Under the pieces are notes generated by a model that was given only the letters and a program-made list of their open reading frames with translations, was not told where the DNA came from and searched no databases. Of a stretch of DNA of 64,000 nucleotides, positions 21,301 to 35,187 are shown piece after piece (within the stretch, counting starts at the first letter, position 1; the number at the start of each line of letters is the position of its first letter). Both the position numbers and the translations under genes were made by a program. Origin of the DNA: Macrostomum hystrix (lineage: Eukaryota; Animalia; Platyhelminthes); assembly GCA_950097015.1 (NCBI GenBank), contig CATNEN010000034.1, positions 372,001-436,000 on the forward strand, written 5' to 3'.

Positions 21301-24300
21301 AGTAGATTCAGCACAAATCTCATAGCAGATTCAACACAAATCTCACAGTAGATTCAGCACAAATCTCACAGTAGATTCAGCACAAATCTCACAGTAGATT
21401 CAGCACAAATCTCACAGTAGATTCAACACAAATCCCACAGTAGATTCAACACAAATCTCAAAGTAGATTCAACACAAATCCCATAGTAGATTCAGCACAA
21501 ATCTCACAGTAGATTCAACACAAATCCCATAGTAGATTCAACACAAATCCCATAGTAGATTCAACACAAATCCCACAGTAGATTCAACAGAAATCTCACA
21601 GTAGATTCAGCACAAATCTCACAGTAGATTCAGCACAAATCTCACAGTAGATTCAGCACAAATCTCACAGTAGATTCAGCACAAATCTCACAGTAGATTC
21701 AGCACAAATCTCACAGTAGATTCAGCACAAATCTCACAGTAGATTCAGCACAAATCTCACAGTAGATTCAGCACAAATCTCACAGTAGATTCAGCACAAA
21801 TCTCACAGTAGATTCAGCACAAATCTCACAGTAGATTCAGCACAAATCTCACAGTAGATTCAGCACAAATCTCACAGTAGATTCAGCACAAATCTCACAG
21901 TAGATTCAACACAAATCTCACAGTAGATTCAGCACAAATCTCATAGTAGATTCAGCACAAATCTCACAGTAGATTCAACAGAAATCTCACAGTAGATTCA
22001 GCACAAATCTCAAAGTAGATTCAGCACTAATCCCATAGTAGATTCAACACAAATCTCACAGTAGATTCAGCACAAATCTCATAGTAGATTCAGCACAAAT
22101 CTCACAGTAGATTCAACAGAAATCTCACAGTAGATTCAGCACAAATCTCAAAGTAGATTCAGCACTAATCCCATAGTAGATTCAGCACAAATCTCACAGT
22201 AGATTCAGCACAAATCCCATAGTAGATTCAGCACAAATCTCAAAGTAGATTCAGCACAAATCCCACAGTAGATTCAACAGAAATCTCACAGTAGATTCAG
22301 CACAAATCTCACAGTAGATTCAGCACAAATCTCACAGTAGATTCAGCACAAATCTCACAGTAGATTCAGCACAAATCCCATAGTAGATTCAGCACAAATC
22401 TCAAAGTAGATTCAGCACAAATCCCATAGTAGATTCAGCACAAATCTCAAAGTAGATTCAGCACAAATCTCATAGCAGATTCAACACAAATCTCACAGTA
22501 GATTCAGCACAATCTCACAGTAGATTCAGCACAAATCTCACAGTAGATTCAGCACAAATCTCACAGTAGATTCAGCACAAATCTCACAGTAGATTCAACA
22601 CAAATCCCACAGTAGATTCAGCACAAATCCCACAGTAGATTCAGCACAAATCCCACAGTAGATTCAGCACAAATCTCACAGTAGATTCAACACAAATCCA
22701 TAGTAGATTCAGCACAAATCCCACAGTAGATTCAACACAAATCTCACAGTAGATTCAACACAAATCCCACAGTAGATTCAGCACAAATCCCATAGTAGAT
22801 TCAGCACAAATCTCAAAGTAGATTCAGCACAAATCTCATAGCAGATTCAACACAAATCTCACAGTAGATTCAGCACAAATCTCACAGTAGATTCAGCACA
22901 AATCCCATAGTAGATTCAGCACAAATCTCAAAGTAGATTCAGCACAAATCCCATAGTAGATTCAGCACAAATCTCAAAGTAGATTCAGCACAAATCTCAT
23001 AGCAGATTCAACACAAATCTCACAGTAGATTCAGCACAAATCTCACAGTAGATTCAGCACAAATCTCACAGTAGATTCAGCACAAATCTCACAGTAGATT
23101 CAGCACAAATCAGCACAAATCCCATAGTAGATTCAGCACAAATCTCAAAGTAGATTCAGCACAAATCTCATAGCAGATTCAACACAAATCTCACAGTAGA
23201 TTCAGCACAAATCTCACAGTAGATTCAGCACAAATCTCACAGTAGATTCAGCACAAATCTCACAGTAGATTCAACACAAATCCCACAGTAGATTCAACAC
23301 AAATCTCAAAGTAGATTCAACACAAATCCCATAGTAGATTCAGCACAAATCTCACAGTAGATTCAACACAAATCCCATAGTAGATTCAACACAAATCCCA
23401 TAGTAGATTCAACACAAATCCCACAGTAGATTCAACAGAAATCTCACAGTAGATTCAGCACAAATCTCACAGTAGATTCAGCACAAATCTCACAGTAGAT
23501 TCAGCACAAATCTCACAGTAGATTCAGCACAAATCTCACAGTAGATTCAACACAAATCCCACAGTAGATTCAGCACAAATCTCACAGTAGATTCAGCACA
23601 AATCTCACAGTAGATTCAGCACAAATCTCACAGTAGATTCAACACAAATCCCATAGTAGATTCAAGCACAAATCTCATAGTAGATTCAACACAAATCTCA
23701 CAGTAGATTCAACACAAATCTCACAGTAGATTCAGCACAAATCTCACAGTAGATTCAAGCACAAATCTCACAGTAGATTCAGCACAAATCTCACAGTAGA
23801 TTCAGCACAAATCTCACAGTAGATTCAACACAAATCCCACAGTAGATTCAGCACAAATCTCATAGTAGATTCAGCACAAATCTCACAGTAGATTCAGCAC
23901 AAATCTCACAGTAGATTCAGCACAAATCTCACAGTAGATTCAGCACAAATCTCACAGTAGATTCAGCACAAATCTCACAGTAGATTCAGCACAAATCTCA
24001 CAGTAGATTCAGCACAAATCCCATAGTAGATTCAGCACAAATCTCACAGTAGATTCAGCACAAATCCCACAGTAGATTCAGCACAAATCCCACAGTAGAT
24101 TCAGCACAAATCTCACAGTAGATTCAACACAAATCCCATAGTAGATTCAGCACAAATCCCACAAATCTCACAGTAGATTCAACACAAATCTCACAGTAGA
24201 TTCAGCACAAATCTCATAGTAGATTCAGCACAAATCTCACAGTAGATTCAGCACAAATCTCAAAGTAGATTCAACACAAATCCCATAGTAGATTCAACAC

Positions 24301-26330
24301 AAATCCCATAGTAGATTCAACACAAATCCCATAGTAGATTCAACACAAATCCCACAGTAGATTCAACACAAATCTCACAGTAGATTCAGCACAAATCTCA
24401 CAGTAGATTCAGCACAAATCTCACAGTAGATTCAGCACAAATCTCACAGTAGATTCAGCACAAATCTCACAGTAGATTCAACACAAATCCCACAGTAGAT
24501 TCAGCACAAATCCCACAGTAGATTCAGCACTAATCCCATAGTAGATTCAGCACAAATCTCAAAGTAGATTCAGCACAAATCTCATAGCAGATTCAACACA
24601 AATCTCACAGTAGATTCAGCACAAATCCCATAGTAGATTCAGCACAAATCTCAAAGTAGATTCAGCACAAATCCCATAGTAGATTCAGCACAAATCTCAA
24701 AGTAGATTCAGCACAAATCTCACAGTAGATTCAGCACAAATCCCATAGTAGATTCAGCACAAATCTCACAGTAGATTCAGCACAAATCTCACAGTAGATT
24801 CAGCACAAATCTCACAGTAGATTCAGCACAAATCTCACAGTAGATTCAGCACAAATCCCATAGTAGATTCAGCACAAATCTCACAGTAGATTCAGCACAA
24901 ATCTCACAGTAGATTCAGCACAAATCCCATAGTAGATTCAGCACAAATCTCAAAGTAGATTCAGCACAAATCCCATAGTAGATTCAGCACAAATCTCACA
25001 GTAGATTCAGCACAAATCTCACAGTAGATTCAGCACAAATCTCACAGTAGATTCAGCACAAATCTCACAGTAGATTCAGCACAAATCTCACAGTAGATTC
25101 AACACAAATCCCACAGTAGATTCAACACAAATCCCACAGTAGATTCAACACAAATCTCAAAGTAGATTCAACACAAATCTCACAGTAGATTCAGCACAAA
25201 TCTCACAGTAGATTCAGCACAAATCTCACAGTAGATTCAACACAAATCCCACAGTAGATTCAGCACAAATCCCACAGTAGATTCAGCACAAATCTCACAG
25301 TAGATTCAGCACAAATCTCACAGTAGATTCAGCACAAATCTCACAGTAGATTCAGCACAAATCTCACAGTAGATTCAGCACAAATCTCACAGTAGATTCA
25401 GCACAAATCTCACAGTAGATTCAGCACAAATCCCATAGTAGATTCAGCACAAATCTCAAAGTAGATTCAGCACAAATCTCACAGTAGATTCAGCACAAAT
25501 CCCATAGTAGATTCAGCACAAATCTCACAGTAGATTCAGCACAAATCTCACAGTAGATTCAGCACAAATCTCACAGTAGATTCAGCACAAATCTCACAGT
25601 AGATTCAGCACAAATCCCATAGTAGATTCAGCACAAATCTCACAGTAGATTCAGCACAAATCTCACAGTAGATTCAGCACAAATCTCACAGTAGATTCAG
25701 CACAAATCTCACAGTAGATTCAACACAAATCCCACAGTAGATTCAACACAAATCTCAAAGTAGATTCAACACAAATCCCATAGTAGATTCAGCACAAATC
25801 TCACAGTAGATTCAACACAAATCCCATAGTAGATTCAACACAAATCCCATAGTAGATTCAACACAAATCTCACAGTAGATTCAGCACAAATCCCATAGTA
25901 GATTCAGCACAAATCTCACAGTAGATTCAGCACAAATCTCACAGTAGATTCAACACAAATCCCACAGTAGATTCAACAGAAATCTCACAGTAGATTCAGC
26001 ACAAATCTCAAAGTAGATTCAGCAGAAATCTCACAGTAGATTCAGCACAAATCTCATAGTAGATTCAGCACAAATCTCACAGTAGATTCAACACAAATCT
26101 CACAGTAGATTCAGCACAAATCTCACAGTAGATTCAGCAGAAATCTCACAGTAGATTCAGCACAAATCTCATAGTAGATTCAGCACAAATCTCACAGTAG
26201 ATTCAACAGAAATCTCACAGTAGATTCAGCACAAATCTCAAAGTAGATTCAGCACAAATCCCACAGTAGATTCAGCACAAATCTCATAGTAGATTCAGCA
26301 CAAATCTCAAAGTAGATTCAGCACAAATCT
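18345..26330. repeat. ~8-kb 23-bp satellite (AGTAGATTCAGCACAAATCTCAC)n, ~345 copies
   Basis: Directly visible; few recurring variants; degenerate monomers at both edges. Confidence 0.99.
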
Positions 26331-27011
26331 ATTCTTTGATTACCAAATCTCGTCATGAATTCCGACTATAAACTCAGATGAGCGACCCTGCACGGAATCG
26401 ACTATCCTTTGAGTCAAATTATGTTTTATTCTACTCACAAATTATTCCATTTAGGCGCATCGTGTTCAGCATAACAACAAAAAACGACTGCGTGAGGATG
26501 TGCCTACTGAGCCAAAGCGATAATGAGGCGTGCTATACTTCGTCCCATTCTGTCGTGTTCTCTCATTGAGCAAAATGTTGGACAATGCTTTAGTTATGAC
26601 TCATTTGTCCAGCAAACTAAGATACTAATGCAGACATTGTACAGAAGATGCGAACCAAGGACCGACTTTGTTGCGATTCTTTTTTTTTGTTCGAATCCCG
26701 GAGACATGGATCATCGTCACCTGCTGCTTGGAGCAGTGACAGCTCAGTGCAATAACTTCCTATTTAATATTACGCAATCACTGTCTGTTTTGTGGGGCCG
26801 TTACTTTTATCCTTGCCAAATCGTAAAGACACCCTCCCTAATTGGTCCTATTTGCGGACCGAACACGAAACACCCCCAAGGGAGTTTTCACTAGCCAAAA
26901 ATATTAATCACTTCCACAGATTTTTTGTTCAAATCCGCATTCGTTATTCGGCGTGAGCTGAGGAAGTTTATCATGTCCTGAAGCATTTGTTATGAAGTCG
27001 AGATTTTCTAA

Positions 27012-28104
27012 TTGTTAGATTATCAGGGTGCTAGATTATCAGAGTATTAGATTATCAGGCTGTTAGATTATCAGGCTGTTATATTATCAGAGTATTTGAT
27101 AATCTGGGTGTTAGATTATCAGGGTGTTAGATTATCAGAGTATTAGATAATCTGGGTGTTAGATTATCAGGGTGTTAGATTATCAGGGTGTTAGATTATC
27201 AAGGTGTTAGATTATCAGGGTGTTAGATTATCAGGGTGTTAGATTATCAGGGTATTAGATTATCAGGTAGTTAGATTATCAGGCTGTCGGATTATCAGGG
27301 TGTTAGATTATCAGGGTGTTAGATTATCAGGCTGTCGGATTATCAGGGTGTTAGATTATCAGGCTGTCGGATTATCAGGGTGTTAGATAATCTGGGTGTT
27401 AGATTATCAGGGTGTTACATTATCAGGGTGTTAGATTATCAGGGTGTTAGATTATCAGGGTGTTAGATTATCAGGGTGTTAGATTATCAGGGTATTAGAT
27501 TATCAGCGTGTTAGATTATCAGGGTGTTAGATTATCAGGGTTTTAGATTATCTGGGTTCTAGATTATCAGGGTATTAGATTATCAGGGTGTTGGATTATC
27601 ATGATGTTAGATTGTCAGGGTTTTAGATTATCAGCGTGTTAGATTATCAGGGTGTTAGATTATCAGGGTTTTAGATTATCTGGGTGCTAGATTATCAGGG
27701 TTTTAGATTATCTGGGTTCTAGATTATCAGGGTATTAGATTATCAGGGTGTTGGATTATCATGATGTTAGATTGTCAGGGTGTTAGATTATCAGGGTGTT
27801 GGATTATCAGCGTGTTAGATTATCAGGGTGTTAGATTATCAGGGTTTTAGATTATCTGGGTGCTAGATTATCAGGGTATTAGATTATCAGGGTGTTGGAT
27901 TATCATGATGTTAGATTGTCAGGGTATTAGATTATCTGGGTGTTAGATTATCAGGGTGTTAGATTATCAGGGTTTCAGATTATCAGGGTTTTAGATTATC
28001 TGGGTGCTAGATTATCAGGGTATTAGATTATCAGGGTGTTAGATTATCAGGGTGTTAGATTATCTGGGTGTTGGATTATCTGGGTGTTGGATTATCTGGG
28101 TGTT
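27012..28104. repeat. 17-bp minisatellite (TTAGATTATCAGGGTGT)n
   Basis: Directly visible. Confidence 0.96.
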
Positions 28105-29549
28105 CTTCCTATTCCTCCAAATTTCTTATTCCCGCTGGCTTCGTCCCGTGTCCACTCAAAGGCTGTCGCTGTGTCACTCGCTAGGTCGCTATTCTAGTTA
28201 TACACTTTATATGCTTTCTGCTTTCTGATAAGCTTCAAAACATGCCTTGCTCAACCTTGCTTCTCACTGCTGATTGCGTCATTCCCGTCGTTTCTGTGTT
28301 TTTCCCTCCTCGCCTTCCTTCTGCTAGAAGGCCTCGATAGCATTAATAAAGCACCGGAGCATAGTTGGCAACAGCAGAAATTGCAACAGTTCCTTTGATC
28401 GATTGAAAGCCCAACTGAAGGGGAGAGGTGAGAGTCGCATTGGGGAAGACTTGTAGGGAGATCTTGGAAGCGGCCTGTGTATTGCGTGAGCAGTGCTCAG
28501 CTGCTCTTCTAAGAGGAGAAAACGAGGCGAGAGAAGTAAATAAATTATGCAGCTGACTGACTATCGGCTTGGCTTCTTGGCTTCCATTTCTTCAAGGGAA
28601 TAATACTGACAAACTTGCTAAATTCTTCTGACTTTATATAGGTCCTCTATAGTTGCGGCTTTTTATAGTCTATTTATGATCAGCTGCCACGAAATGCTGC
28701 TGACGCGACTGCTACTAGTTACAGTCTGCGCCTCAGTGCGGCCTTGCCAGGCCTTCAAAATTGAACAGCATGTCACCCGAGTGTGCCTGCATCATCTCCG
28801 ACGTCGGTGGTCACTGCCCTTTATCCAGACGGAGCTGCTGGACCTTTAACAGGTGGCACCAGCCGACTATTGACATCCTGATGCGAAATTCTCTACTTTC
28901 TCTGACGCCGAATGATCAACGAAAGTTCTGGAACAACACTTTCTCTCTATCTCCTTTCCTCTTGTCTTCCTTCTCTTCCTATTATTTTCTCTTAGCCCGG
29001 AAACTGACGCGCGTGTCTCGCGCCGGCCAACTTTGCTCCGCCCCAGCCTCGGCCTCTCCAACCCTCTTTCTCTCGCTTATTTCAGTCTCTCGTCTTCAGG
29101 TCGGGGACGATGAGTCACTCGGCAAGTGACCAAAAAACTTTTGACGGAAGTGGGCGGGCGGGCGGGGGATGCAGTTCCCGTAGATGGAGAAGATTCCCTA
29201 AGATTGGATTCTGAGTCTGGTTTGGATGGGGCCTTTGTTTGAGCTGAGCATATTATGGGGAGGCTGCTGGAGCAGTGAACTGGGGAAAGTGAGACTTGGT
29301 CTTATCGCTCCTTGATGAAGATTAAGCAGCTTGAGCTCCAGGAAATTTCTGGGAACTCTGCCCCCCCCAAAGCCGCCACGAGATTCACCCAGATTCTCGG
29401 CCTCAGCTTTTTGCTCTAATATATTTCTGATCTCTTTGAGTTCTAATCATCCAAACAGGGATTAGTCGGCTGCTAAATCTCTGATCCCTTCTGAAATCTT
29501 TTTTATGCCCCTGTCAATCTTAAACAGTTAATTCTTTGGTATCTCCGTC

Positions 29550-29790
29550 GGATCTCCCGTCTCTGATCTCCCGTCTCTGATCTCCGCTCTCTGATCTCCC
29601 CTCTCTGATCCCCCCTCTCTGATCTCCCCTCTCTGATCTCCCCTCTCTGATCTCCCCTCTCTGATCTCCCCCTCTCTGGTCTCCCCTCTCTGATCTCCCC
29701 TCTCTGATATCCACTCTCTGATCTCCCCCTCTCTGGTCTCCCCTCTCTGATCTCCCCTCTCTGATATCCACTCTCTGATCTCCCCTCTCT
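29550..29790. repeat. 14-bp minisatellite (CTCTCTGATCTCCC)n
   Basis: Period 14 (29591, 29605, 29619). Confidence 0.93.
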
Positions 29791-29792
29791 CC

Positions 29793-30258
29793 CCACAATG
29801 GTCTCTCCCCTCAATGTTCTGTCCCCCCAATGGTCTCTCCCCTCAATGGTCTCTCCCCTCAATGGTCTCTCCCCTCAATGGTCTCTCCCCTCAATGGTCT
29901 CTCCCCTCAATGGTCTCTCCCCTCAATGGTCTCTCCCCTCAATGTTCTGTCCCCTCAATGGTCTCTCCCCTCAATGTTCTGTCCCCTCAATGGTCTCTCC
30001 CCTCAATGGTCTCTCCCCTCAATGTTCTGTCCCCTCAATGGTCTCTCCCCTCAATGTTCTGTCCCCTCAATGGTCTCTCCCCTCAATGTTCTGTCCCCTC
30101 AATGGTCTCTCCCCTCAATGGTCTCTCCCCTCAATGTTCTGTCCCCTCAATGGTCTCTCCCCTCAATGTTCTGTCCCCTCAATGTTCTCTCCCCTCAGTG
30201 GTCTCTCCCCTCAATGTTCTGTCCCCTCAATGGTCTCTCCCCTCAATGGTCTCCCCTA
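29793..30258. repeat. 16-bp minisatellite (GGTCTCTCCCCTCAAT / GTTCTGTCCCCTCAAT)n
   Basis: Period 16. Confidence 0.95.
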
Positions 30259-30739
30259 TGACAGACGCAGGGAATTGTATTTCAGTTCTCTTTGGCAAAA
30301 AAGTGCAAGCCTGGAAATTGAATGACCAGAAGACAACTTGTGACAACAAGGCTGCCAACCGCAGGAGGTGCTGTTCTCTCATTGCAAAGACTTAAAGCCA
30401 GCAACATTAAATGAACGAGGTCAGCCTGCTTCTCTCACTGATGGCTGGAGACTGACTGACTAAACTGACTGCGGAGAGAAATCATCAACTGCGCGGTTTA
30501 TACACCGCTACATGCTGCTACTGGGTCACATGACATCCAGGCATGGACAAAAGTAAAAACTTTCTTTTCACCCACATGCTCTGCTTGTGTAGGCTTAAAA
30601 CGGAAATCGAATACTAGTTTAGGAGGGCCCTCATAGATGACTGTCCTGTAGCTGCAGCTGGCTTGTAAACAGCAGCATTAACATAGTTTTCTGCTGACCA
30701 AAAAATGTTTTCATTGACAGAGAAGAGCTGTTTTTGAGA

Positions 30740-31145
30740 GCGCTAGAATTATGCAGGGAGAGTGCTAGAATCATGCAGGGAGAGTGCTAGAATCATGCAG
30801 GGAGAGTGCTAGAATCGTGCAGGGAGAGTGCTAGAATCGTGCAGGGAGACTGCTAGAATCATGCAGGGAGAGTGCTAGAATCATGCAGGGAGAGTGCTAG
30901 AATTATGCAAGGAGAGTGCTAGAATCATGCAGGGAGAGTGCTAGAATCATGCAGGGAGAGTGCTAGAATCGTGCAGGGAGACTGCTAGAATCATGCAGGG
31001 AGAGTGCTAGAATCGTGCAGGGAGAGTGCTAGAATCGTGCAGGGAGAGGGCTAGAATCGTGCAGGGAGAGGGCTAGAATCGTGCAAGGAGAGTGCTAGAA
31101 TCATGCAGGGAGAGTGCAAGAATCGTGCAGGGAGAGTGCTAGAAG
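30740..31145. repeat. 22-bp minisatellite (GCTAGAATCATGCAGGGAGAGT)n
   Basis: Directly visible. Confidence 0.96.
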
Positions 31146-31928
31146 TGTACAGAGTGGGCCGAAAGTGTGCCAAAGCAGGCAAGCAGGCAGTGAATATTGA
31201 CTAAGAATTCACGCATGGCGGGCACAGGTTTCCAGTGAATCAAAGCAAAGTTTCGCACGGAAACCGGATACCCAGTTAATAAGATTCTCGTCTCGTTCGA
31301 TACTGGTTTCAACTCGTGAGAAATGCATGAATCAAGTCGCATCAACAACAGCCACGAAGGCGTGTAACGTTTTCATTATTCTTTGTGAAGATACAACACA
31401 GCCATTGTGTGCCCAAATTGTGTCCGGATATGCAGCCGCACCTCGTGACTTTAGTTGTTCTTGTGATCGAAAAAGATATAATAAATTCTAGAAAACATGG
31501 CGGAAGGTACATATTGCTGTACCGAAATTCCCTATGACCTAATTACATACTCAATTTTCTATGGTACAATTTACACTTTACACTTTGCTAAAATTTTCCG
31601 ATCCCAAAATGACAGATCCAATGCATCACAGAACCAAAAAATCACAAATCCCAAGATTAAAGTTCCTAAAATCACAAATTAATTAAACCACACATGCCGA
31701 ATATCACACTGACTCTCTAAAAAACAAATACCAAAATTGTACAGATCCCGAAAGTTATAAGGTGCAAAGATTCCAAGCCTCGCATTAGAAAAAAAAATAA
31801 TTAAGAATTTCTACCGATAAAAAGCAGTACAAGAATCTAATTTTACAGTTCACAACGGTTTTGCCAATGAGCATCGGCTGGTATATTATTAGGATATAAA
31901 GATAAGCAATGACGGTGAATATTTAGTA

Positions 31929-32730
31929 TCCCAGGATTTTAGACAGAAATCCCAGGATTTTAGACAGAAATCCCAGGATTTTAGACAGAAATCCCAGGAT
32001 TTTAGACAGAATTACCAGGATTTTAGACAGAATTACCAGGATTTTAGACAGAATTACCAGGATTTTAGACAGAATTACCAGGATTTTAGACAGAAATCCC
32101 TGGATTTTAGACAGGAATCCCTGGATTTTAGACAGAAATCCCAGGATTTTAGACAGAAATCCCTGGATTTTAGGACAAGAATCCCAGGATTTTAGACAGA
32201 AATCCCAGGATTTTAGACAGAAATCCCTGGATTTTAGACAGAAATCCCAGGCTTTTAGACAGGAATCCCAGGATTTTAGACAGAAATCCCAGGATTGTAG
32301 ACAGAAATCCCAGGATTTTAGACAGAAATCTCAGGCTTTTAGACAGGAATCCCAGGATTTTAGGACAGGAATCCCAGGCTTTTAGACAGAAATCCCAGGA
32401 TTTTAGGACGGGAATCCCAGGATTTTAGACAGAAATCCCAGGATTTTAGGACAGGAATCCCTGGCTTTTAGACAGAAATCCCAGGATTTTAGGACAGGAA
32501 TCCCAGGATTTTAGACAGAAATCTCAGGCTTTTAGACAGAAATCCCAGGATTTTAGACAAAAATCCCTGGATTTTAGACAGAAATCCCAGGATTTTAGAT
32601 AGAAATCCCAGGATTTTAGACAGAAATCCCAGGATTGTAGACAGAAATCCTAGGATTTTACACAGAAATCTCAGGCTTTTAGACAGGAATCTCAGGCTTT
32701 TAGACAGAAATCCCAGGATTTTAGGACAGC
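31929..32730. repeat. 21-bp minisatellite (CCCAGGATTTTAGACAGAAAT)n
   Basis: Directly visible. Confidence 0.96.
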
Positions 32731-33187
32731 TTTAGTCACAGTTAAACTACACTTTTGTGAGTAACGAGCATTTGCAATTCCGAGCGTTTGAGAATGCTTT
32801 TACAATAAATTGCAATGAAACAAGCGATAGAAATCATAACTGATAGGCATGCAGGTAAAGCTACCAGTAATGTACAGTACATGGTAAAAGCAACAGTAAG
32901 CACAAGAAACTGACAACCTCTCCTATTGATGCAATTTCCTGAGGATTGCTTTCCGAAAGCCTAACCACTTTATGGAAAAAAGCACCAAAATTTTCACTTA
33001 ACTTTTCAAAATAATTTGATAACTAAATCAACAGAAATGATAATTTTAGAAAATTGGAGGAGCTACAAAAATCTGAAAATTGACTTAAAAACGTCCGCCA
33101 ATTAGCATACGCTATAGTACGGTTGCTCCCATTGCAACAGCACGACAGACTGAACATGAAGAAGGCAGTGTCAAGTTCTGAGCACTA

Positions 33188-34009
33188 TCAGACCGTCCAG
33201 CCAACTGCTGCCACGGTGGCAAAGAAGATCAGCTGAAGCTTCACCGGCCAATCCGGGCCAACCTTCTCGGCCGAGTTGCCTTTGTCGCTGACGACTGCGT
33301 CAAAGTCGCCCAGCTTTTTGGCAGCCGGCTGGTCGCTGGCCAGCATGTCCGTCTCCTGCTGATCTTGCTGCTGCTGCTTCTGCTGCTGCTGCTTCGGTGA
33401 CTCGGGGGAAGGCTGCTGCTTCTGCACAAACGGCTTCTTGGCCACAATGGCAGTCAGAGAACTCACAATGGGGTTATAGGTGGCGCAGCCTGCAATGCCA
33501 GCACCGCCCGATCTGTCAACGCAGCTGCCACCGTAGATGGCTGTGACGTTGCAGTTCGCCTGACTAAACTGCTTGAAGAAAGCCTTCGCCTCGAAGAGTC
33601 CGCCGTCCATCAGGTTCCAGATCCCATTGTCTGCACGATTCAGTGCTAGCACGAAAGCGCCATTCTGATTGTGGGTGATGACAATGTCCAAGGTCTCGGA
33701 GTCAAAGCATCTCGTAGCATTGTGCACTAGGCGAACATTCAACTGTGTGGCTCCCGGCTGGCCCTTCAATAGGCAGGCCAGCCGGACAGAGATGACCTGC
33801 TTGACATCCACATCGTCCTTAGTTATGGTCATAGACTCGGATTCAACAACAATGTCAGCCCCGGCCATGGTTCTGAACACGCCGCGAACGCTTTGGTGTT
33901 CGTTTTTGTACTTGGAACAGTCGACAGTCCCTTCTGTTGGGAGGCCGTGCCCCTGCGAGACTAGTAGAATGAGAACGGAGAGCAGACACAGTTCGGTCAT
34001 CAAGGCCAT
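33188..34009 (-). CDS. Intronless secreted, probably GPI-anchored protein of unknown family (273 aa)
   Basis: Signal peptide (LCLLSVLILLVSQGHG), ~160-aa domain with 6 Cys and NAT/NVT sequons, Q/P/S-rich linker, small-residue site GNSA, terminal hydrophobic tail LQLIFFATVAAVGWTV with no cytoplasmic tail; coding-like codon use. Confidence 0.85.
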   Translation of the reverse strand: MALMTELCLLSVLILLVSQGHGLPTEGTVDCSKYKNEHQSVRGVFRTMAGADIVVESESMTITKDDVDVKQVISVRLACLLKGQPGATQLNVRLVHNATRCFDSETLDIVITHNQNGAFVLALNRADNGIWNLMDGGLFEAKAFFKQFSQANCNVTAIYGGSCVDRSGGAGIAGCATYNPIVSSLTAIVAKKPFVQKQQPSPESPKQQQQKQQQQDQQETDMLASDQPAAKKLGDFDAVVSDKGNSAEKVGPDWPVKLQLIFFATVAAVGWTV

Positions 34010-34272
34010 GCTTAGTGCTTTCTCTGCTTTAGCTATGCTTTCTGCAAGTCTGGTTTGCTTCAGCTGGTTAGCTCGCCTGATGGCTTCCGTGACCCATTTT
34101 TATTCTCACTGCACAGCAAGCCAATGGGAATCGTCGTGTGCCCCACCCCACTCCATCACTTTCGCCAAGCCAATGAATAGCAACAGTGAGACGACTCAAA
34201 TCAAACGGATCAGAGGAACAGACTATTTTAGCAGTCATTTTAATCTAGGTTAAAGAACAGTAAATACTTTTG

Positions 34273-35187
34273 GATGGAAACCATGATTACCATGAGCTAC
34301 TGAAATGAAATATACGATGGAAACCATGATTACCATGAGCTACTGAAATTAAATATACGATGGAAACCATGATTACCATGAGCTACTGAAATTAAATATA
34401 CGATGGAAACCATGATTACCATGAGCTACTGAAATGAAATATACGATGGAAACCATGATTACCATGAGCTACTGAAATTAAATATACGATGGAAACCATG
34501 ATTACCATGAGCTACTGAAATGAAATATACGATGGAAACCATGATTACCATGAGCAACTGAAATGAAATATACGATGGAAACCATGATTACCATGAGCTA
34601 CTGAAATGAAATATACGATGGAAACCATGATTACCATGAGCTACTGAAATTAAATATACGATGGAAACCATGATTACCATGAGCTACTGAAATGAAATAT
34701 ACGATGGAAACCATGATTACCATGAGCTACTGAAATTAAATATACGATGGAAACCATGATTACCATGAGCAACTGAAATGAAATATACGATGGAAACCAT
34801 GATTACCATGAGCTACTGAAATTAAATATACGATGGAAACCATGATTACCATGAGCAACTGAAATGAAATATACGATGGAAACCATGATTACCATGAGCT
34901 ACTGAAATGAAATATACGATGGAAACCATGATTACCATGAGCTACTGAAATTAAATATACGATGGAAACCATGATTACCATGAGCTACTGAAATGAAATA
35001 TACGATGGAAACCATGATTACCATGAGCTACTGAAATTAAATATACGATGGAAACCATGATTACCATGAGCTACTGAAATGAAATATAGGATGGAAACCA
35101 TGATTACCATGAGCTACTGAAATGAAATATACGATGGAAACCATGATTACCATGAGCTACTGAAATTAAATATACGATGGAAACCAT
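34273..35187. repeat. 43-bp minisatellite (GATGGAAACCATGATTACCATGAGCTACTGAAATGAAATATAC)n, ~21 copies
   Basis: Period 43 (34273, 34316). Confidence 0.97.

Noticed and set aside
18345-26330. CRISPR-like array (short partly palindromic repeats)
   Set aside because: No unique spacers, units are directly contiguous, context is eukaryotic and there are no cas genes. The same applies to all other arrays.
28761-29129. GC-rich ORF suggesting another gene
   Set aside because: No family motif, other frames interrupted and no convincing splice pairs.
33669-34253. 194-aa plus-strand ORF
   Set aside because: Antisense shadow of the minus-strand secreted protein, which has coherent targeting signals.
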